Both the position numbers and the translations under genes were made by a program. 64,000 nt of DNA, taken from positions 4,629-68,628 of the forward strand of contig JAFZPV010000059.1 in assembly GCA_017552535.1 (NCBI GenBank). Direction: 5' to 3'. Positions within the stretch are counted from its first letter, which is position 1. Each line of letters starts with the position of its first letter. A model generated the notes under the pieces. The model did not search any database. It had not been told where the DNA came from and saw only the letters and a program-made list of their open reading frames with translations. Positions 35,504-45,561 of the stretch are shown here, one piece after another. Origin of the DNA: Clostridia bacterium. Lineage in GTDB: Bacteria; Bacillota; Clostridia; Christensenellales; Aristaeellaceae.

Positions 35504-35662
35504 CTTTTGTACCTCCGGAAATACGTTTCTTCACAGCCGGCCATCCGCTTTCTGCTTCGATTCCTTCGCCCGGTTTCCAGCATCGCGAGACCGTTTTTCT
35601 GAGTGTCCGCGCCGATGCACGTTTTCTTTGCGCCGGACGGCATTGCAGGCGCAGGCCGGGTG

Positions 35663-36448
35663 CTACGCGCGTATGTCCTTGCGCGTATATTTCCCGTACG
35701 CGGCGGCGATGCCCAGCGCCCCGAAGGTCAGACCGATCAGGATCTTTATGGCGTCGAGACCGTCGTTTACGATATCGCCGCCCTCACAGTAGCCAAAGGG
35801 CGTAACATACTTGAGAAAGCTTACCGAGTCCGCGAGGTTGGAGATGATGTTCAAAAAATACATTATTGCCGCGAGCCCCAGGCCTACGCCCAGGCTGCCG
35901 CGCGTCATGAATGCGGAAATGCCGAAACAGATGCCTGTAAGTTCGAGCTGCATCAGCGTAAAGGCAAGATGCAGCAGGATTATTTCCTTCCAGAAGATCT
36001 GTTCGCCGATCAGCTCCGTCATCCCAAGCGACATCGCGAAGATGAGCAGGTTCATCAGCAGGACGCGGATGACGAGGGATGACAGCTTTTCATTCAGGAT
36101 CCTGACGCGGGAAACCGGATGCGTGAGCAGGAATTCGGCGGTCTTGTCCCTTTCCTCCTTGCTGAGGATACCCACGGCAATCAGCGAAGAAAAGAAGGCT
36201 CCGCCCATGCCGAGCACGTTTGCGCACTCGACAGCGTAGTAACCCTTGTATACGCTGAAATCCAGCCTGTCCATGCCGAAGGCGGCGGTAAACGAGCCCA
36301 TGGAGGCAAACATATTGCCTGCCTGCGCCATCTGTTCCTTCATTTCCGGAAACAGTACGATGCTGACCGCCAGCAAAAAGCCGATGGCAAACGTCCAGAT
36401 CGCAAACGCCTTCACGCCCTGCTTAAGCTCATGCTTTACGATGGTCAT
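35663..36448 (-). CDS. ABC-2 family transporter permease
   Basis: Six hydrophobic segments. It overlaps the upstream ATPase gene by 4 bp. Confidence 0.8.
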   Translation of the reverse strand: MTIVKHELKQGVKAFAIWTFAIGFLLAVSIVLFPEMKEQMAQAGNMFASMGSFTAAFGMDRLDFSVYKGYYAVECANVLGMGGAFFSSLIAVGILSKEERDKTAEFLLTHPVSRVRILNEKLSSLVIRVLLMNLLIFAMSLGMTELIGEQIFWKEIILLHLAFTLMQLELTGICFGISAFMTRGSLGVGLGLAAIMYFLNIISNLADSVSFLKYVTPFGYCEGGDIVNDGLDAIKILIGLTFGALGIAAAYGKYTRKDIRA

Positions 36449-37326
36449 GACCGAACACCGTCCTTTTCGTAGTAGTGCAGCACGATGTCTTCAAGATCGG
36501 GATCGGTCACGCTGAAATCGGTGATCTGCCCCTCTGAAAGGATTCTCAGAAGCTGTCCCATGTCACCGCTGTAGAGGAAGCTGAGCGTATCGCCCTGCCG
36601 GTTTACGTCCCTGATCCCCGGCACGTCTCCGATCGGCACGCTGCCGTGCACGTTCACGCGTTTTGCGTTTGTTTTGCCCAGTGCCTCCACACGGTCGCAG
36701 GCGATGATCCGACCTTCCCGGATGATCGCGGCGCGGGAGCAGTTGCGCTGGATCTCACTGAGAACATGACTGGACATAAACACGGTCGCACCCTGCTCGT
36801 GCCGTTCGTGCAGGATGTCGAAAAACTCCTTCTGCATCAGCGGATCGAGGCCGCTGGTGGGCTCGTCGAGGATGAGCAGCTCCGGCTTATGCTGGAGAGC
36901 GCAGACGATGCTCGCTTTTTTGCGGTTGCCGAAGGAAAGCTCGTCCACACGCCTGTCCCGGGGCAATTGCAGCCGCTCGCACAGATACGCGGATTCCGCG
37001 GCGCAATCCGTTTTTCTTAAGTCCGCCGACAGCTTCAGAACATCCCTCACCTTCATCCCGGCGTAAAACGCGACGTCCGAAGGCAGATAGCCTATGCGGC
37101 CGAGCAGCTTCTGTTTATCGCTGACGATGTCGAAACCCAGCACCCGCGCGCTGCCGCCCGTGGGGGATATGAGCCCTAGCAGCGTCCGGATCGTGGTGGA
37201 TTTGCCCGCCCCGTTCGGCCCAATGAAGCCGAAGAACTCGCCCCGGTCCACCCGCAGGTCCAGTTGGTCGATGCCCCGGTTCGCACCATAGTATTTGGTA
37301 AGCTTTTCGGTTTTGATCGCTTCCAT
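36445..37326 (-). CDS. ABC transporter ATP-binding protein
   Basis: The start was moved to MEAIKTEKLTKYYG (AGGAGA RBS). Walker A GPNGAGKST, signature LSFGNRKK and Walker B LLILDEPTSGLD. Confidence 0.9.
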   Translation of the reverse strand: MEAIKTEKLTKYYGANRGIDQLDLRVDRGEFFGFIGPNGAGKSTTIRTLLGLISPTGGSARVLGFDIVSDKQKLLGRIGYLPSDVAFYAGMKVRDVLKLSADLRKTDCAAESAYLCERLQLPRDRRVDELSFGNRKKASIVCALQHKPELLILDEPTSGLDPLMQKEFFDILHERHEQGATVFMSSHVLSEIQRNCSRAAIIREGRIIACDRVEALGKTNAKRVNVHGSVPIGDVPGIRDVNRQGDTLSFLYSGDMGQLLRILSEGQITDFSVTDPDLEDIVLHYYEKDGVRS

Positions 37327-37458
37327 ATTGAATACGTTTCTCCTATTGCGGCAGTCACATGAATGCAATGATCACAGTCCGGGAGTGCGATCAGACCACG
37401 ATCCCGGAACAGCGTCTTCTGCATGGCTTAGGGATATAAAGGCAGAGGCTTTAAGCCC

Positions 37459-38007
37459 TTATTTCAGCTTCAGCCCGTCGCTGAACGCCTTGCCGACTGC
37501 TTCACCCACGACGCGGTATACGTTGAAGGACGGATCGAAGATGATGGGTCGGAGCTTGCCGAGGTCAACGTTTCCATCGGTTAGGATGGATTCGTCCGCC
37601 TGGGAAGCCACGATCTCGCCGATGAGATACCCGGTTTCGGGGTCCCAGCTTTTGACCTTGCATTCCAGCGTCAGCGGGTATTCCTCGATGACCGGCGCGT
37701 TGACGTGTGCGCTCGGGTGTACATGGCAACCTGCCTTTTCGATCTTGTTTACCTTCTTGCCGGTCTCAACGCCGAAGTAATCGGAAATCAGCACGGTGTC
37801 CGCCGTGCCGAAGGCGACGGTGAACGCGCCGGTCTTTTCGAAGTTTTCCGTGGTCTTGTGCTTGGACAGCATGAGCGTGATCTCGCCCATATCGCTCTGC
37901 ATGCCCCAGGCGGCGTTCATCGCGTTGGGCACTCCGTATTCGTCATACGTGCCGATGATGAAGACGCCTTCCGGGGTGATGACCGAATGCCTGCCTGTGA
38001 ATTCCAT
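37459..38007 (-). CDS. flavin reductase-like (FMN-binding split-barrel) protein
   Basis: The start was moved to MEFTGRH (AAGGAGGA RBS). VPNAMNAAWG resembles flavin reductase domain proteins. Confidence 0.75.
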   Translation of the reverse strand: MEFTGRHSVITPEGVFIIGTYDEYGVPNAMNAAWGMQSDMGEITLMLSKHKTTENFEKTGAFTVAFGTADTVLISDYFGVETGKKVNKIEKAGCHVHPSAHVNAPVIEEYPLTLECKVKSWDPETGYLIGEIVASQADESILTDGNVDLGKLRPIIFDPSFNVYRVVGEAVGKAFSDGLKLK

Positions 38008-38028
38008 AGTGCTTCCTCCTTGCTTCAT

Positions 38029-38433
38029 TTATCTGTCATTGAAAACGTCGCACTCGTCATGCTTTTCTTCTTTGTCGGGGCTTCCGTTTCTTTCACGCGG
38101 GGCAATGATATCCCACCAGAAGGCTGCCCACTCGAGCACGCCCTCGGCCTCGTTGACAACGCTGTGCAGGGCATCCGGCGGGATATAGGCTACATCTCCG
38201 GGGCTGACGGGGTAGCGGGTCCCGTCCACGACAACAAAACCGCTTCCCTTTGTGAAGATGTATACTTCTTCTTTATGATGCTTATGCACTTCCATTGCCC
38301 CGGGTCCGTTCAGGTATCCCCAGGCGTGGTCGAAAGGAGAGTGGAGCCCTTCAGGGAGTACAGCGCTGGCAAGAATAGTGCCTCCGTGCGCTTTCCGGGC
38401 TTTAGCCAGGTCAAAACGGCTGATCAGTTCCAT
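38029..38433 (-). CDS. cupin domain protein
   Basis: Cupin motif 1 is GPGAMEVHKHHKEEVYIFTKG and motif 2 is GDVAYIPPDALHSVVN. CAGGAGG RBS. Confidence 0.8.
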   Translation of the reverse strand: MELISRFDLAKARKAHGGTILASAVLPEGLHSPFDHAWGYLNGPGAMEVHKHHKEEVYIFTKGSGFVVVDGTRYPVSPGDVAYIPPDALHSVVNEAEGVLEWAAFWWDIIAPRERNGSPDKEEKHDECDVFNDR

Positions 38434-38463
38434 ATCTTGCCTCCTGAAACGATCGACCTTACC

Positions 38464-38562
38464 TTAGCCGATCATCGTGTCCTGCAGTTTCTGCATGGAA
38501 TAACAGGCAGGGTCGCAGTAATAATAAGCCTCCTGCAGTTTACTGTCAAGTACAATACAATC
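38464..38562 (-). pseudogene. C-terminal stub of an unknown gene, cut off at the repeat junction
   Basis: Reads ...IVLDSKLQEAYYYCDPACYSMQKLQDTMIG-stop, 30 nt upstream of the cupin gene. Upstream it runs straight into the opposite-strand dehydrogenase fragment. Confidence 0.3.
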
Positions 38563-38822
38563 TTCGAGGCCCTTCAGAATCATACCATCCGCGGCGCAGG
38601 CATCGATGCTTTTACCCATGAACCGCCGGGGCTGGACTGCCCTCTTCTGCATATGGAATACGTGGTGGCCACGCCTAACTCCGACGGCAATACCGCGGAC
38701 AACGATCTCAATATGATCAAGCGCTGCTTCGAGATATCCTTGTGCTTGACCGCGGTGAAGCTGTCAGTACAAGGGACATCGTGAACAATCACCTGATCGG
38801 CAGCAAGATCAAAGTGAATTGA
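38563..38822 (+). pseudogene. 3' fragment of a 2-hydroxyacid dehydrogenase gene (last ~85 codons) with a frameshift
   Basis: Encodes ALQNHTIRGAGIDAFTHEPPGLDCPLLHMEYVVATPNSDGNTADNDLNMIKRCFE. A 1-nt deletion (GAGAATATCC becomes GAGATATCC) then breaks the frame. No 5' part is present. Confidence 0.8.
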
Positions 38823-38938
38823 CAGTCACGCCGTACGATAGAGGCGGGCTTTCATAAAACAGCCTGTACCCGTGAAACTCTGGATAAGCTCATTGGGGCA
38901 GCACTTAGCGCCGCCGGCATCCATGTATTGATGCCAGC
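38563..38938 (+). repeat. copy 2 of the imperfect direct repeat of about 380 bp
   Basis: Same orientation as 2508-2888. It includes the non-coding tail CAGTCA(A/C)GCCGTACGATAGAGGCGGGCTTTC... Confidence 0.8.
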
Positions 38939-39029
38939 GGCGCTTCTATTTGGTATATTTCTATCCGGACTGATATGCGTATGGACGGCTTGGCTGCTCT
39001 GTTCTTACATACCTGCCCGGTACCCTTGG

Positions 39030-40466
39030 TCACATCTCACTGTACCCCATCAGATATTCGTCGACGCTCTTGGCGGCGGCAAGGCCTTCGCTGATTGCCC
39101 AGACCACGAGGGACTGTCCGCGCCTTGCGTCGCCCGCGGCAAAGAGTTTTGGGATGTTTGTCCCATAGCGTACTGTTTTGATGTTTCCGCGTTCGTCGGT
39201 TTCAATGCCGAAGGCTTTGGGGATATAGCTCTGACAGCCTGTAAAGCCGGCTGCGATCAAAAGCAGCTGGCACGGGATCAGCTGTTCGGAACCGGATACT
39301 TTATCCCTGCCTTTCAGCTTTACGGTTTCGACAGCGCTTACGCGTCCGTGACTGTCAGGGACAACCCTGTTCACTGTCGTTTCGAACAGCCTCGGGTCGT
39401 GCCCGAACACGGCGATGGCTTCCTGCTGGCCGTAATCGGTTTTGAGCGTTCTGGGCCAGTCCGGCCACGGGTTGTCCGGCGTGCGCTGAACGGGCGGGGA
39501 GGGCATCATCTCAAGCTGAGTTACAGATCGGGCCCCCAGACGGATCGATGTGCCCACACAGTCGTTGCCGGTGTCGCCTCCGCCCACGATCACCACGTCG
39601 AGGTCTTTGGCGCTGATTGCTCCATTTCCGTCCAGAACCTGCTTTGTCGCCGCAGTCAGGAAATCTACGGCGAAATACACGCCTTCGGAATCGATACCCG
39701 GGGCATTCAAAGCTCTTGGCTGCTTCGCGCCGCAGCACAAAAGCACCGCGTCGTATTCGCCGAGCAGCTTTTCAGCAGGTACGTCTTTGCCGACATCAGC
39801 GTTCAGCTCAAAGCCTACGCCGGCTTGACGCATGAGCGAGATTCGCCTTTCGACGATGCGCTTGTCCAGCTTCATGTTCGGAATGCCATACATCAATAAC
39901 CCGCCCGCACGGTCGCTCTTTTCATATACGGTCACATTGTGTCCGCGCCGGTTGAGCGCCTGAGCGGCGGCAAGCCCCGCGGGGCCGCTGCCGATGACGG
40001 CGATCTTCTTATCTGTCCTGTTGGCCGGCGGATCTGCCTCTATCCAGCCGTTTCCGAACGCCTGCTCGATGATGTATTTCTCGTTGTCGCGAACGGTCAC
40101 GCTGTCGCCGTTCATGCCGCAGGTACAGGCGGCTTCGCACAGCGCAGGGCAAACGCGCCCCGTGAATTCCGGAAACGGATTGGTCTTGAGCAGCCGGCTG
40201 AGCGCGTGCCGGTCGTTGCCAAGGTACAGCATATCGTTCCATTCGGGGACCAGATTGTGCAGCGGACAGCCCGTGAACATGCCGTCCAGTTTCATGCCGC
40301 TCTGGCAGAACGGTACGCCGCAGTTCATGCAGCGGGCGGCCTGTTGCCTGCGCGTTGCGGGATCCGATGACACATGGAATTCGTCAAAACTCTTTATCCT
40401 ATCAAGCGGATCGATATCTGCTGTGTCTATACGGTCGTAAAGCAAGAATCCGTCTTTCTTACCCAT
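39030..40466 (-). CDS. gltD: glutamate synthase small subunit (NADPH)
   Basis: The Fe-S cysteines CMNCGVPFC and [10 protein letters not shown] and the FAD/NAD folds [11 protein letters not shown] and [12 protein letters not shown]. Confidence 0.9.
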   Translation of the reverse strand: MGKKDGFLLYDRIDTADIDPLDRIKSFDEFHVSSDPATRRQQAARCMNCGVPFCQSGMKLDGMFTGCPLHNLVPEWNDMLYLGNDRHALSRLLKTNPFPEFTGRVCPALCEAACTCGMNGDSVTVRDNEKYIIEQAFGNGWIEADPPANRTDKKIAVIGSGPAGLAAAQALNRRGHNVTVYEKSDRAGGLLMYGIPNMKLDKRIVERRISLMRQAGVGFELNADVGKDVPAEKLLGEYDAVLLCCGAKQPRALNAPGIDSEGVYFAVDFLTAATKQVLDGNGAISAKDLDVVIVGGGDTGNDCVGTSIRLGARSVTQLEMMPSPPVQRTPDNPWPDWPRTLKTDYGQQEAIAVFGHDPRLFETTVNRVVPDSHGRVSAVETVKLKGRDKVSGSEQLIPCQLLLIAAGFTGCQSYIPKAFGIETDERGNIKTVRYGTNIPKLFAAGDARRGQSLVVWAISEGLAAAKSVDEYLMGYSEM

Positions 40467-40470
40467 ACTT

Positions 40471-43400
40471 CTACCTGCCTTCCGCGAACGCTCTGAATGC
40501 CGCGAGCTCAGCTTCCTCCCGGCTCATATTCTGAGCTTCGAACGATGCGATCAGATCGATCATATCCCTGAAATCGCGCGGTATGATTTTCTTGAACAGG
40601 GGAATGTATCTGTCAAAACCGTCCAGGATCTCCTTTGCCTTTGCCGATCCGGTTTCGGCGCAGTGCTTTTGCAGCATCGTCTTCAGCGTTTCTGTATCAT
40701 GCTCAGAGCTGAGGGGTTCAATGTCCACCAGCTGCTTGTTTACCCTGAGGTACAGATCGTGCTTTTCGTCCAGCACATAGGCGACGCCGCCGCTCATGCC
40801 CGCGGCGAAGTTCCGGCCTGTGCGGCCTATGATCGCCACACAGCCGCCCGTCATGTATTCGCAGCCGTGGTCTCCTACGCCTTCCACAACCGCCACAGCT
40901 CCGGAGTTTCTCACCGCAAAACGCTCGCCTGCCACGCCGCGCACGTACGCCTCGCCGCTCGTCGCGCCGTAAAGAGCCACGTTGCCTGCGATGACGTTTT
41001 CGTCGTCCCTGAATGCAGATCCCTTTGGCGGGAAAAGCGTTAGCTTACCGCCGCTCAGTCCTTTGCCGAAATAATCGTTGCAGTCGCCTTCGAGCCGGAT
41101 GGTCACGCCCTTCGGAAGAAAGGCACCAAAGCTCTGGCCCCCGCCGCCCGAAGCGTTTATAATGAAACTGTCTTCATCCAGGGAATTGCCCCTGACGCGC
41201 GTGATCTCGCTGCCGAAGATCGTGCCGAACGTACGGTCTGTACTGGAAACCTGAACGCTGGTCTGCTGTGGTTTGGACGCCCGGATATTCAGCTTTTTGA
41301 GCAGAATGGTCTCATCCTTCGTGTGCTCGGTGCCGAAGTTAAAAGCGTTCTCGGGTACAAAGCTTTCGTTTATGCAGTGGCCGACTATACGGGACATGTC
41401 GATCGTGGAGGCGCGGGGTGCGCTCTGATCCTGCCGGACCCTGAGCAGATCGCCCCTGCCGACCATTTCTTTTACGCTCCTGAAACCAAGGCGCGCCATG
41501 ATCTCGCGCAGTTCCGTGGCGATATATACCATAAAGTTGATTACGTGCTCCGGCTGCCCTTTAAAGCGTTTTCTCAGCTCCGGATTCTGCGTGGCGATGC
41601 CCACGGGGCAGGTGTCGAGATTGCACACGCGCATCATCACGCAGCCCATGCACACCAGCGGCGCCGTCGCGAAGCCGAATTCCTCCGCGCCGAGCAGGCA
41701 GGCGATGGCCACATCCCTGCCGCTCATCAGTTTTCCGTCGGCTTCAAGCGCTACTCGGCTGCGCAGGCCGTTTATGTTCAGGGTCTGATGCGCTTCGGCA
41801 AGCCCCAGCTCCCAGGGCAGGCCCGCGTTGTGTACGGAAGTCCTCGGCGCCGCGCCGGTACCGCCGTCCGCGCCGGAGATCAGGATCACCTGGGCGCCCG
41901 CTTTGGCCACGCCTGCGGCGACCGTGCCTACACCGGCCTCGCTGACAAGCTTTACGGCGATTCTGGCCTTGCGGTTCGCGCATTTAAGGTCGTAGATTAG
42001 CTGGGCAAGATCCTCGATCGAATAGATATCGTGGTGCGGGGGCGGGGAGATCAGGCTCACGCCGGGCGTGGACAGGCGCGCGTGCGCGATCCACGGATAC
42101 ACTTTCTGCCCTGGCAGATGTCCGCCCTCGCCGGGTTTCGCGCCCTGCGCCATCTTGATCTGTATCTCCTCGGCGCTCATCAGGTATTCGCTCGTCACGC
42201 CGAAACGTCCGGAAGCGACCTGTTTGATCTTGGAGCCCTTTATCGTGCCCAGCCGGTCTTTTTCCTCTCCGCCTTCGCCCGTATTGCTCCTGCCGCCCAG
42301 GCGGTTCATGGCTTCGGCAAGACATTCGTGTGCCTCGCGGGAAATGGAACCGTAGGACATCGCACCGGTCTTGAAGCGCCTGACGATTTCTTCGACGCTC
42401 TCCACTTCCTCAAGCGGCACCGGTTCGCACTTGTCGAACGCGAATTCGAGCGTGCCCCTGAGCGTGTGCGGGCGCGTTTCATCGTCCACGCGCTGGGTGT
42501 ATTCCCGGAACAAATCCATGCTGCCCTGCCGCACCGCGCGCTGCAGGGTCACGATCGTCTGGGGGTCGTACAGATGATCTTCCTTGTCGGTGCCGCTCCT
42601 CAAGCGGTGGCAGCCCGTGGAGTCGAGGGTGGTATCGGTAGTGAGGCCCAGCGGGTCGAACGCCTTGTCATGGCGGAAGATCACATCATCGTTGATCTCG
42701 TCAAGCCCTATGCCGCCCACGCGCGAAACGGTATTGGTAAAGTATTCGTCGATCACGTCCTGCCGGATGCCGACCGCTTCGAAGATCTGCGCGCTCTGGT
42801 ACGACTGCAGCACGCTGATGCCCATCTTGGACGCCACGTGGCTTATTCCGTCCACAGCCGCGTCGATATACGCCTGCTTTGCCGCCTCGGGGTCCCTGTC
42901 CAGCATGCCTTTTTCGATGAGTTCGTCCACGCATTCCAGCGCCAGGTACGGGTTGATCGCCCGCGCGCCGTAGCCGAGCAGCAGGGAAAAATGGTGCACG
43001 TCGCGGGGATCGCCGCTTTCGAGTATGACGCTCACGGCGGTGCGCCTGCGCGTGCGCACGAGGTGCTGTTCCAGCGCGGACACGGCCAGCAGGGACGGTA
43101 TCGCCATATGATTTTCGTCCACGCCTCTGTCGGACAGGATGATTACGTTGCAGCCGTTTTTATAGGCGCGGTCGCACTTGATGAACAGATCGTCGAGCGC
43201 GCGCTTTAATGTCTCGCTTCTGTAATACAAAAGCGAGATCGTCTTTACCCTCAGGCTCGGCTGTTTGGCGTCGCGTATCCTCTTCAGCTCGCTGTTTGAA
43301 ATGATCGGCTTTTCAAGCCGCAGCACTGCGCAGTTTTCGGGCTTGTCTTCAAGTATGTTGCCGTCGCTGCCTACATATACGGCGGTATCGGTGACGATCT

Positions 43401-44982
43401 TTTCCCTCAGCGCGTCGATCGGCGGGTTTGTGACCTGGGCGAACAACTGCCGGAAATACGAAAACAGCACCTGATGCTTGTCGCTGAGCACCGCCAGCGG
43501 CTCGTCCGCGCCCATCGACACGATCGGCTCAGAGGCGTTTTTTGCCATGGGGAGGATGACGTCCTTTACATCCTCATAGGTATACCCGAATGCCTTGTAC
43601 AGCCTGTCGCGTTCCTGCTGCGGCATGGGCTTGATCAGGTGATCCTTCAGCGGCAGGTCTTTAAGCTCCAGGAGATGGCTGTCCAGCCATTCTCCGTAGG
43701 GCTTGCGCGAGGCATAACTCTCTTTTATCTCTTCATCGCTGATGATGCGCTTTTGCAGCGTGTCCACCAGCAGCATGTGCCCCGCGCGCACGCGGGATTT
43801 CAGTACGATTTTTTCAGGTTCGATATCGGCAGCCCCGACTTCGCTTGCCAGGATCAGCAGATTGTCGCTGGTCACATAGTACCTCGCCGGACGCAGCCCG
43901 TTCCGGTCCAGCACCGCGCCCACGACGTCGCCGTCCGAAAACAGGATCGCGGCCGGGCCGTCCCAGGGCTCCATCATCGTGGCGTAATAGCGGTACAGAT
44001 CGCGGCGAGTGCGCGAAATGTCGCGCTCGTTCTGCCATGGTTCGGGGATGGTCATCATGACCGCAAGCGGCAGCGGGATGCCGTTCATCATCAGAAATTC
44101 CAAGGTATTGTCGAGCATGGCCGAATCGCTGCCTTCCACAGAAATCACAGGCAGCACCTTGTCCATGTTCTCGCCGAGCACTTGGGAATACAGCGTCTCT
44201 TCTCTGGCCATCATACGGTCGATGTTGCCGCGGATCGTGTTGATCTCGCCGTTGTGCAGGATCAGGCGGTTCGGGTGCGCTCTTTCCCAGCTGGGAAATG
44301 TATTGGTCGAAAAGCGCGAATGCACCATCGCGATGGCTGACGTGAAGTTTGGCTCGGAAAGGTCGGGATAAAAGGCCCGGAGCTGTTTGACCAGAAACAT
44401 GCCCTTGTACACGACGGTGCGGCTCGACATTGAGCATACGTACACGTCTGAGGAGCTTAATTCGAATTGACGCCTTGCGATATAGAGTTTTCTGTCGAAA
44501 TCCAGCCCGCGTTCCGCATCGGACGGCCGCGCGATGAACGCCTGCTCTATGACCGGCATGCAGCTCAGTGCGCGTTCGCCCAGCGTTTCCTGCCTGACGG
44601 GTACGCTTCGCCAACCCAGAAAGCGCATGCCGTCCTTTTCGGTTATGACCTCCAAAAGTTTATGGGCCTGGGCACGCTTGAGCCTGTCGCGGGGCATGAA
44701 TACCATCGCCACGCCGTAATCTCGTTCACCGGGCAGGCTGAAGCCCAGATCGAGCCCCGCGAAAAACGCGTGCGGGATCTGCACCATGATGCCCACGCCG
44801 TCGCCCGTGCTGCCGGTGGCGTCCCTGCCCGCGCGGTGCTCGAGCTTTTCTACGATCCCCAAAGCCATGTCCACGTTGCGCCTGGCTTTCAGGCCGTCAA
44901 TAGAGACCACGGCGCCTATGCCGCAGGCGTCGTGTTCAAATCCGGGTTCGTAGAGCAAATTCCGATAAGGGTTCTTATCCAT
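40471..44982 (-). CDS. gltB: glutamate synthase large subunit
   Basis: The start was moved to MDKNPYRN. The Ntn cysteine is in FEHDACGIGAVV. FMN and Fe-S regions and the C-terminal GXGDHGCEYMTGG repeat domain are present. About 1503 aa. Confidence 0.9.
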   Translation of the reverse strand: MDKNPYRNLLYEPGFEHDACGIGAVVSIDGLKARRNVDMALGIVEKLEHRAGRDATGSTGDGVGIMVQIPHAFFAGLDLGFSLPGERDYGVAMVFMPRDRLKRAQAHKLLEVITEKDGMRFLGWRSVPVRQETLGERALSCMPVIEQAFIARPSDAERGLDFDRKLYIARRQFELSSSDVYVCSMSSRTVVYKGMFLVKQLRAFYPDLSEPNFTSAIAMVHSRFSTNTFPSWERAHPNRLILHNGEINTIRGNIDRMMAREETLYSQVLGENMDKVLPVISVEGSDSAMLDNTLEFLMMNGIPLPLAVMMTIPEPWQNERDISRTRRDLYRYYATMMEPWDGPAAILFSDGDVVGAVLDRNGLRPARYYVTSDNLLILASEVGAADIEPEKIVLKSRVRAGHMLLVDTLQKRIISDEEIKESYASRKPYGEWLDSHLLELKDLPLKDHLIKPMPQQERDRLYKAFGYTYEDVKDVILPMAKNASEPIVSMGADEPLAVLSDKHQVLFSYFRQLFAQVTNPPIDALREKIVTDTAVYVGSDGNILEDKPENCAVLRLEKPIISNSELKRIRDAKQPSLRVKTISLLYYRSETLKRALDDLFIKCDRAYKNGCNVIILSDRGVDENHMAIPSLLAVSALEQHLVRTRRRTAVSVILESGDPRDVHHFSLLLGYGARAINPYLALECVDELIEKGMLDRDPEAAKQAYIDAAVDGISHVASKMGISVLQSYQSAQIFEAVGIRQDVIDEYFTNTVSRVGGIGLDEINDDVIFRHDKAFDPLGLTTDTTLDSTGCHRLRSGTDKEDHLYDPQTIVTLQRAVRQGSMDLFREYTQRVDDETRPHTLRGTLEFAFDKCEPVPLEEVESVEEIVRRFKTGAMSYGSISREAHECLAEAMNRLGGRSNTGEGGEEKDRLGTIKGSKIKQVASGRFGVTSEYLMSAEEIQIKMAQGAKPGEGGHLPGQKVYPWIAHARLSTPGVSLISPPPHHDIYSIEDLAQLIYDLKCANRKARIAVKLVSEAGVGTVAAGVAKAGAQVILISGADGGTGAAPRTSVHNAGLPWELGLAEAHQTLNINGLRSRVALEADGKLMSGRDVAIACLLGAEEFGFATAPLVCMGCVMMRVCNLDTCPVGIATQNPELRKRFKGQPEHVINFMVYIATELREIMARLGFRSVKEMVGRGDLLRVRQDQSAPRASTIDMSRIVGHCINESFVPENAFNFGTEHTKDETILLKKLNIRASKPQQTSVQVSSTDRTFGTIFGSEITRVRGNSLDEDSFIINASGGGGQSFGAFLPKGVTIRLEGDCNDYFGKGLSGGKLTLFPPKGSAFRDDENVIAGNVALYGATSGEAYVRGVAGERFAVRNSGAVAVVEGVGDHGCEYMTGGCVAIIGRTGRNFAAGMSGGVAYVLDEKHDLYLRVNKQLVDIEPLSSEHDTETLKTMLQKHCAETGSAKAKEILDGFDRYIPLFKKIIPRDFRDMIDLIASFEAQNMSREEAELAAFRAFAEGR

Positions 44983-44987
44983 AAGGG

Positions 44988-45524
44988 TCAATCCTTCTGC
45001 AATTCGTTTATGATCTGCCTTGCGATGCCGGCAAGCGGCTGTCCGCTGGCCATGCTGAGTTTTTGCAGATACCGGTGCGCTTCGCTTTCGCTCATGGAGC
45101 GCTTGTCCATGAGCATACCCTTGGCATAGGAGATCAGCTCTGCGTCCGCGCTCCCGCGGTCCGGCCTGGGACGGTTCATTTCTTCCAGCTGGGAAAGCAT
45201 TCGCGCGGATGCACAAAGGTCATAGCGGTTGATGGGCAGCGGCAGGTGGAAAACACGGTTGTTTTCGCATATTTCCAGTTCCTGCGGCTTGGCGATGACG
45301 AGCAGGTACGCCTTGCCTTCCAGATCTTCATACAACGCGTCTGCCGTCATGTCGGAGAACTTTACCCCGCACAGCACCACGCCGCTGCCCATGTACCTCA
45401 CCTGGCGTATGACCTCGGCACCCGTGCGGCACACCGCGCGGACGTTCAGCGCGCCGCCGAGCAGCAGCTCGGTCACGCGTTTGGACACCGCGTCCGATTC
45501 AAATGCCACAATCAGTCGACTCAT
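44988..45524 (-). CDS. ANTAR-domain RNA-binding regulator with an N-terminal pseudo-receiver
   Basis: The C-terminus LISYAKGMLMDKRSMSESEAHRYLQKLSMASGQPLAGIARQII matches the ANTAR pattern. The N-terminus has a REC-like fold, but the usual phospho-Asp position reads VVLCGVKF. Confidence 0.8.
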   Translation of the reverse strand: MSRLIVAFESDAVSKRVTELLLGGALNVRAVCRTGAEVIRQVRYMGSGVVLCGVKFSDMTADALYEDLEGKAYLLVIAKPQELEICENNRVFHLPLPINRYDLCASARMLSQLEEMNRPRPDRGSADAELISYAKGMLMDKRSMSESEAHRYLQKLSMASGQPLAGIARQIINELQKD

Positions 45525-45561
45525 ACGCTGCTCCTGTCACACGTGAATTACCGGGCCGCGA

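Noticed and set aside
37705-38784. 359-aa plus-strand ORF ending in a dehydrogenase-like sequence.
   Set aside because: It is a chimera. Only its last ~70 codons are real homology, from the dehydrogenase 3' pseudogene fragment. The rest is antisense to the flavin reductase and cupin genes.
40471-45216. Long N-terminal extensions offered for gltB (to 45216), glnA (to 47235), cbiF (to 20089), cbiJ (to 13982), cobD (to 14881) and cobC (to 8091).
   Set aside because: The extensions overlap upstream genes or promoters and are Arg-rich. Internal starts have an RBS and match the expected family N-termini, for example MDKNPY...CGIG for GltB and MSKYTKED for GlnA.
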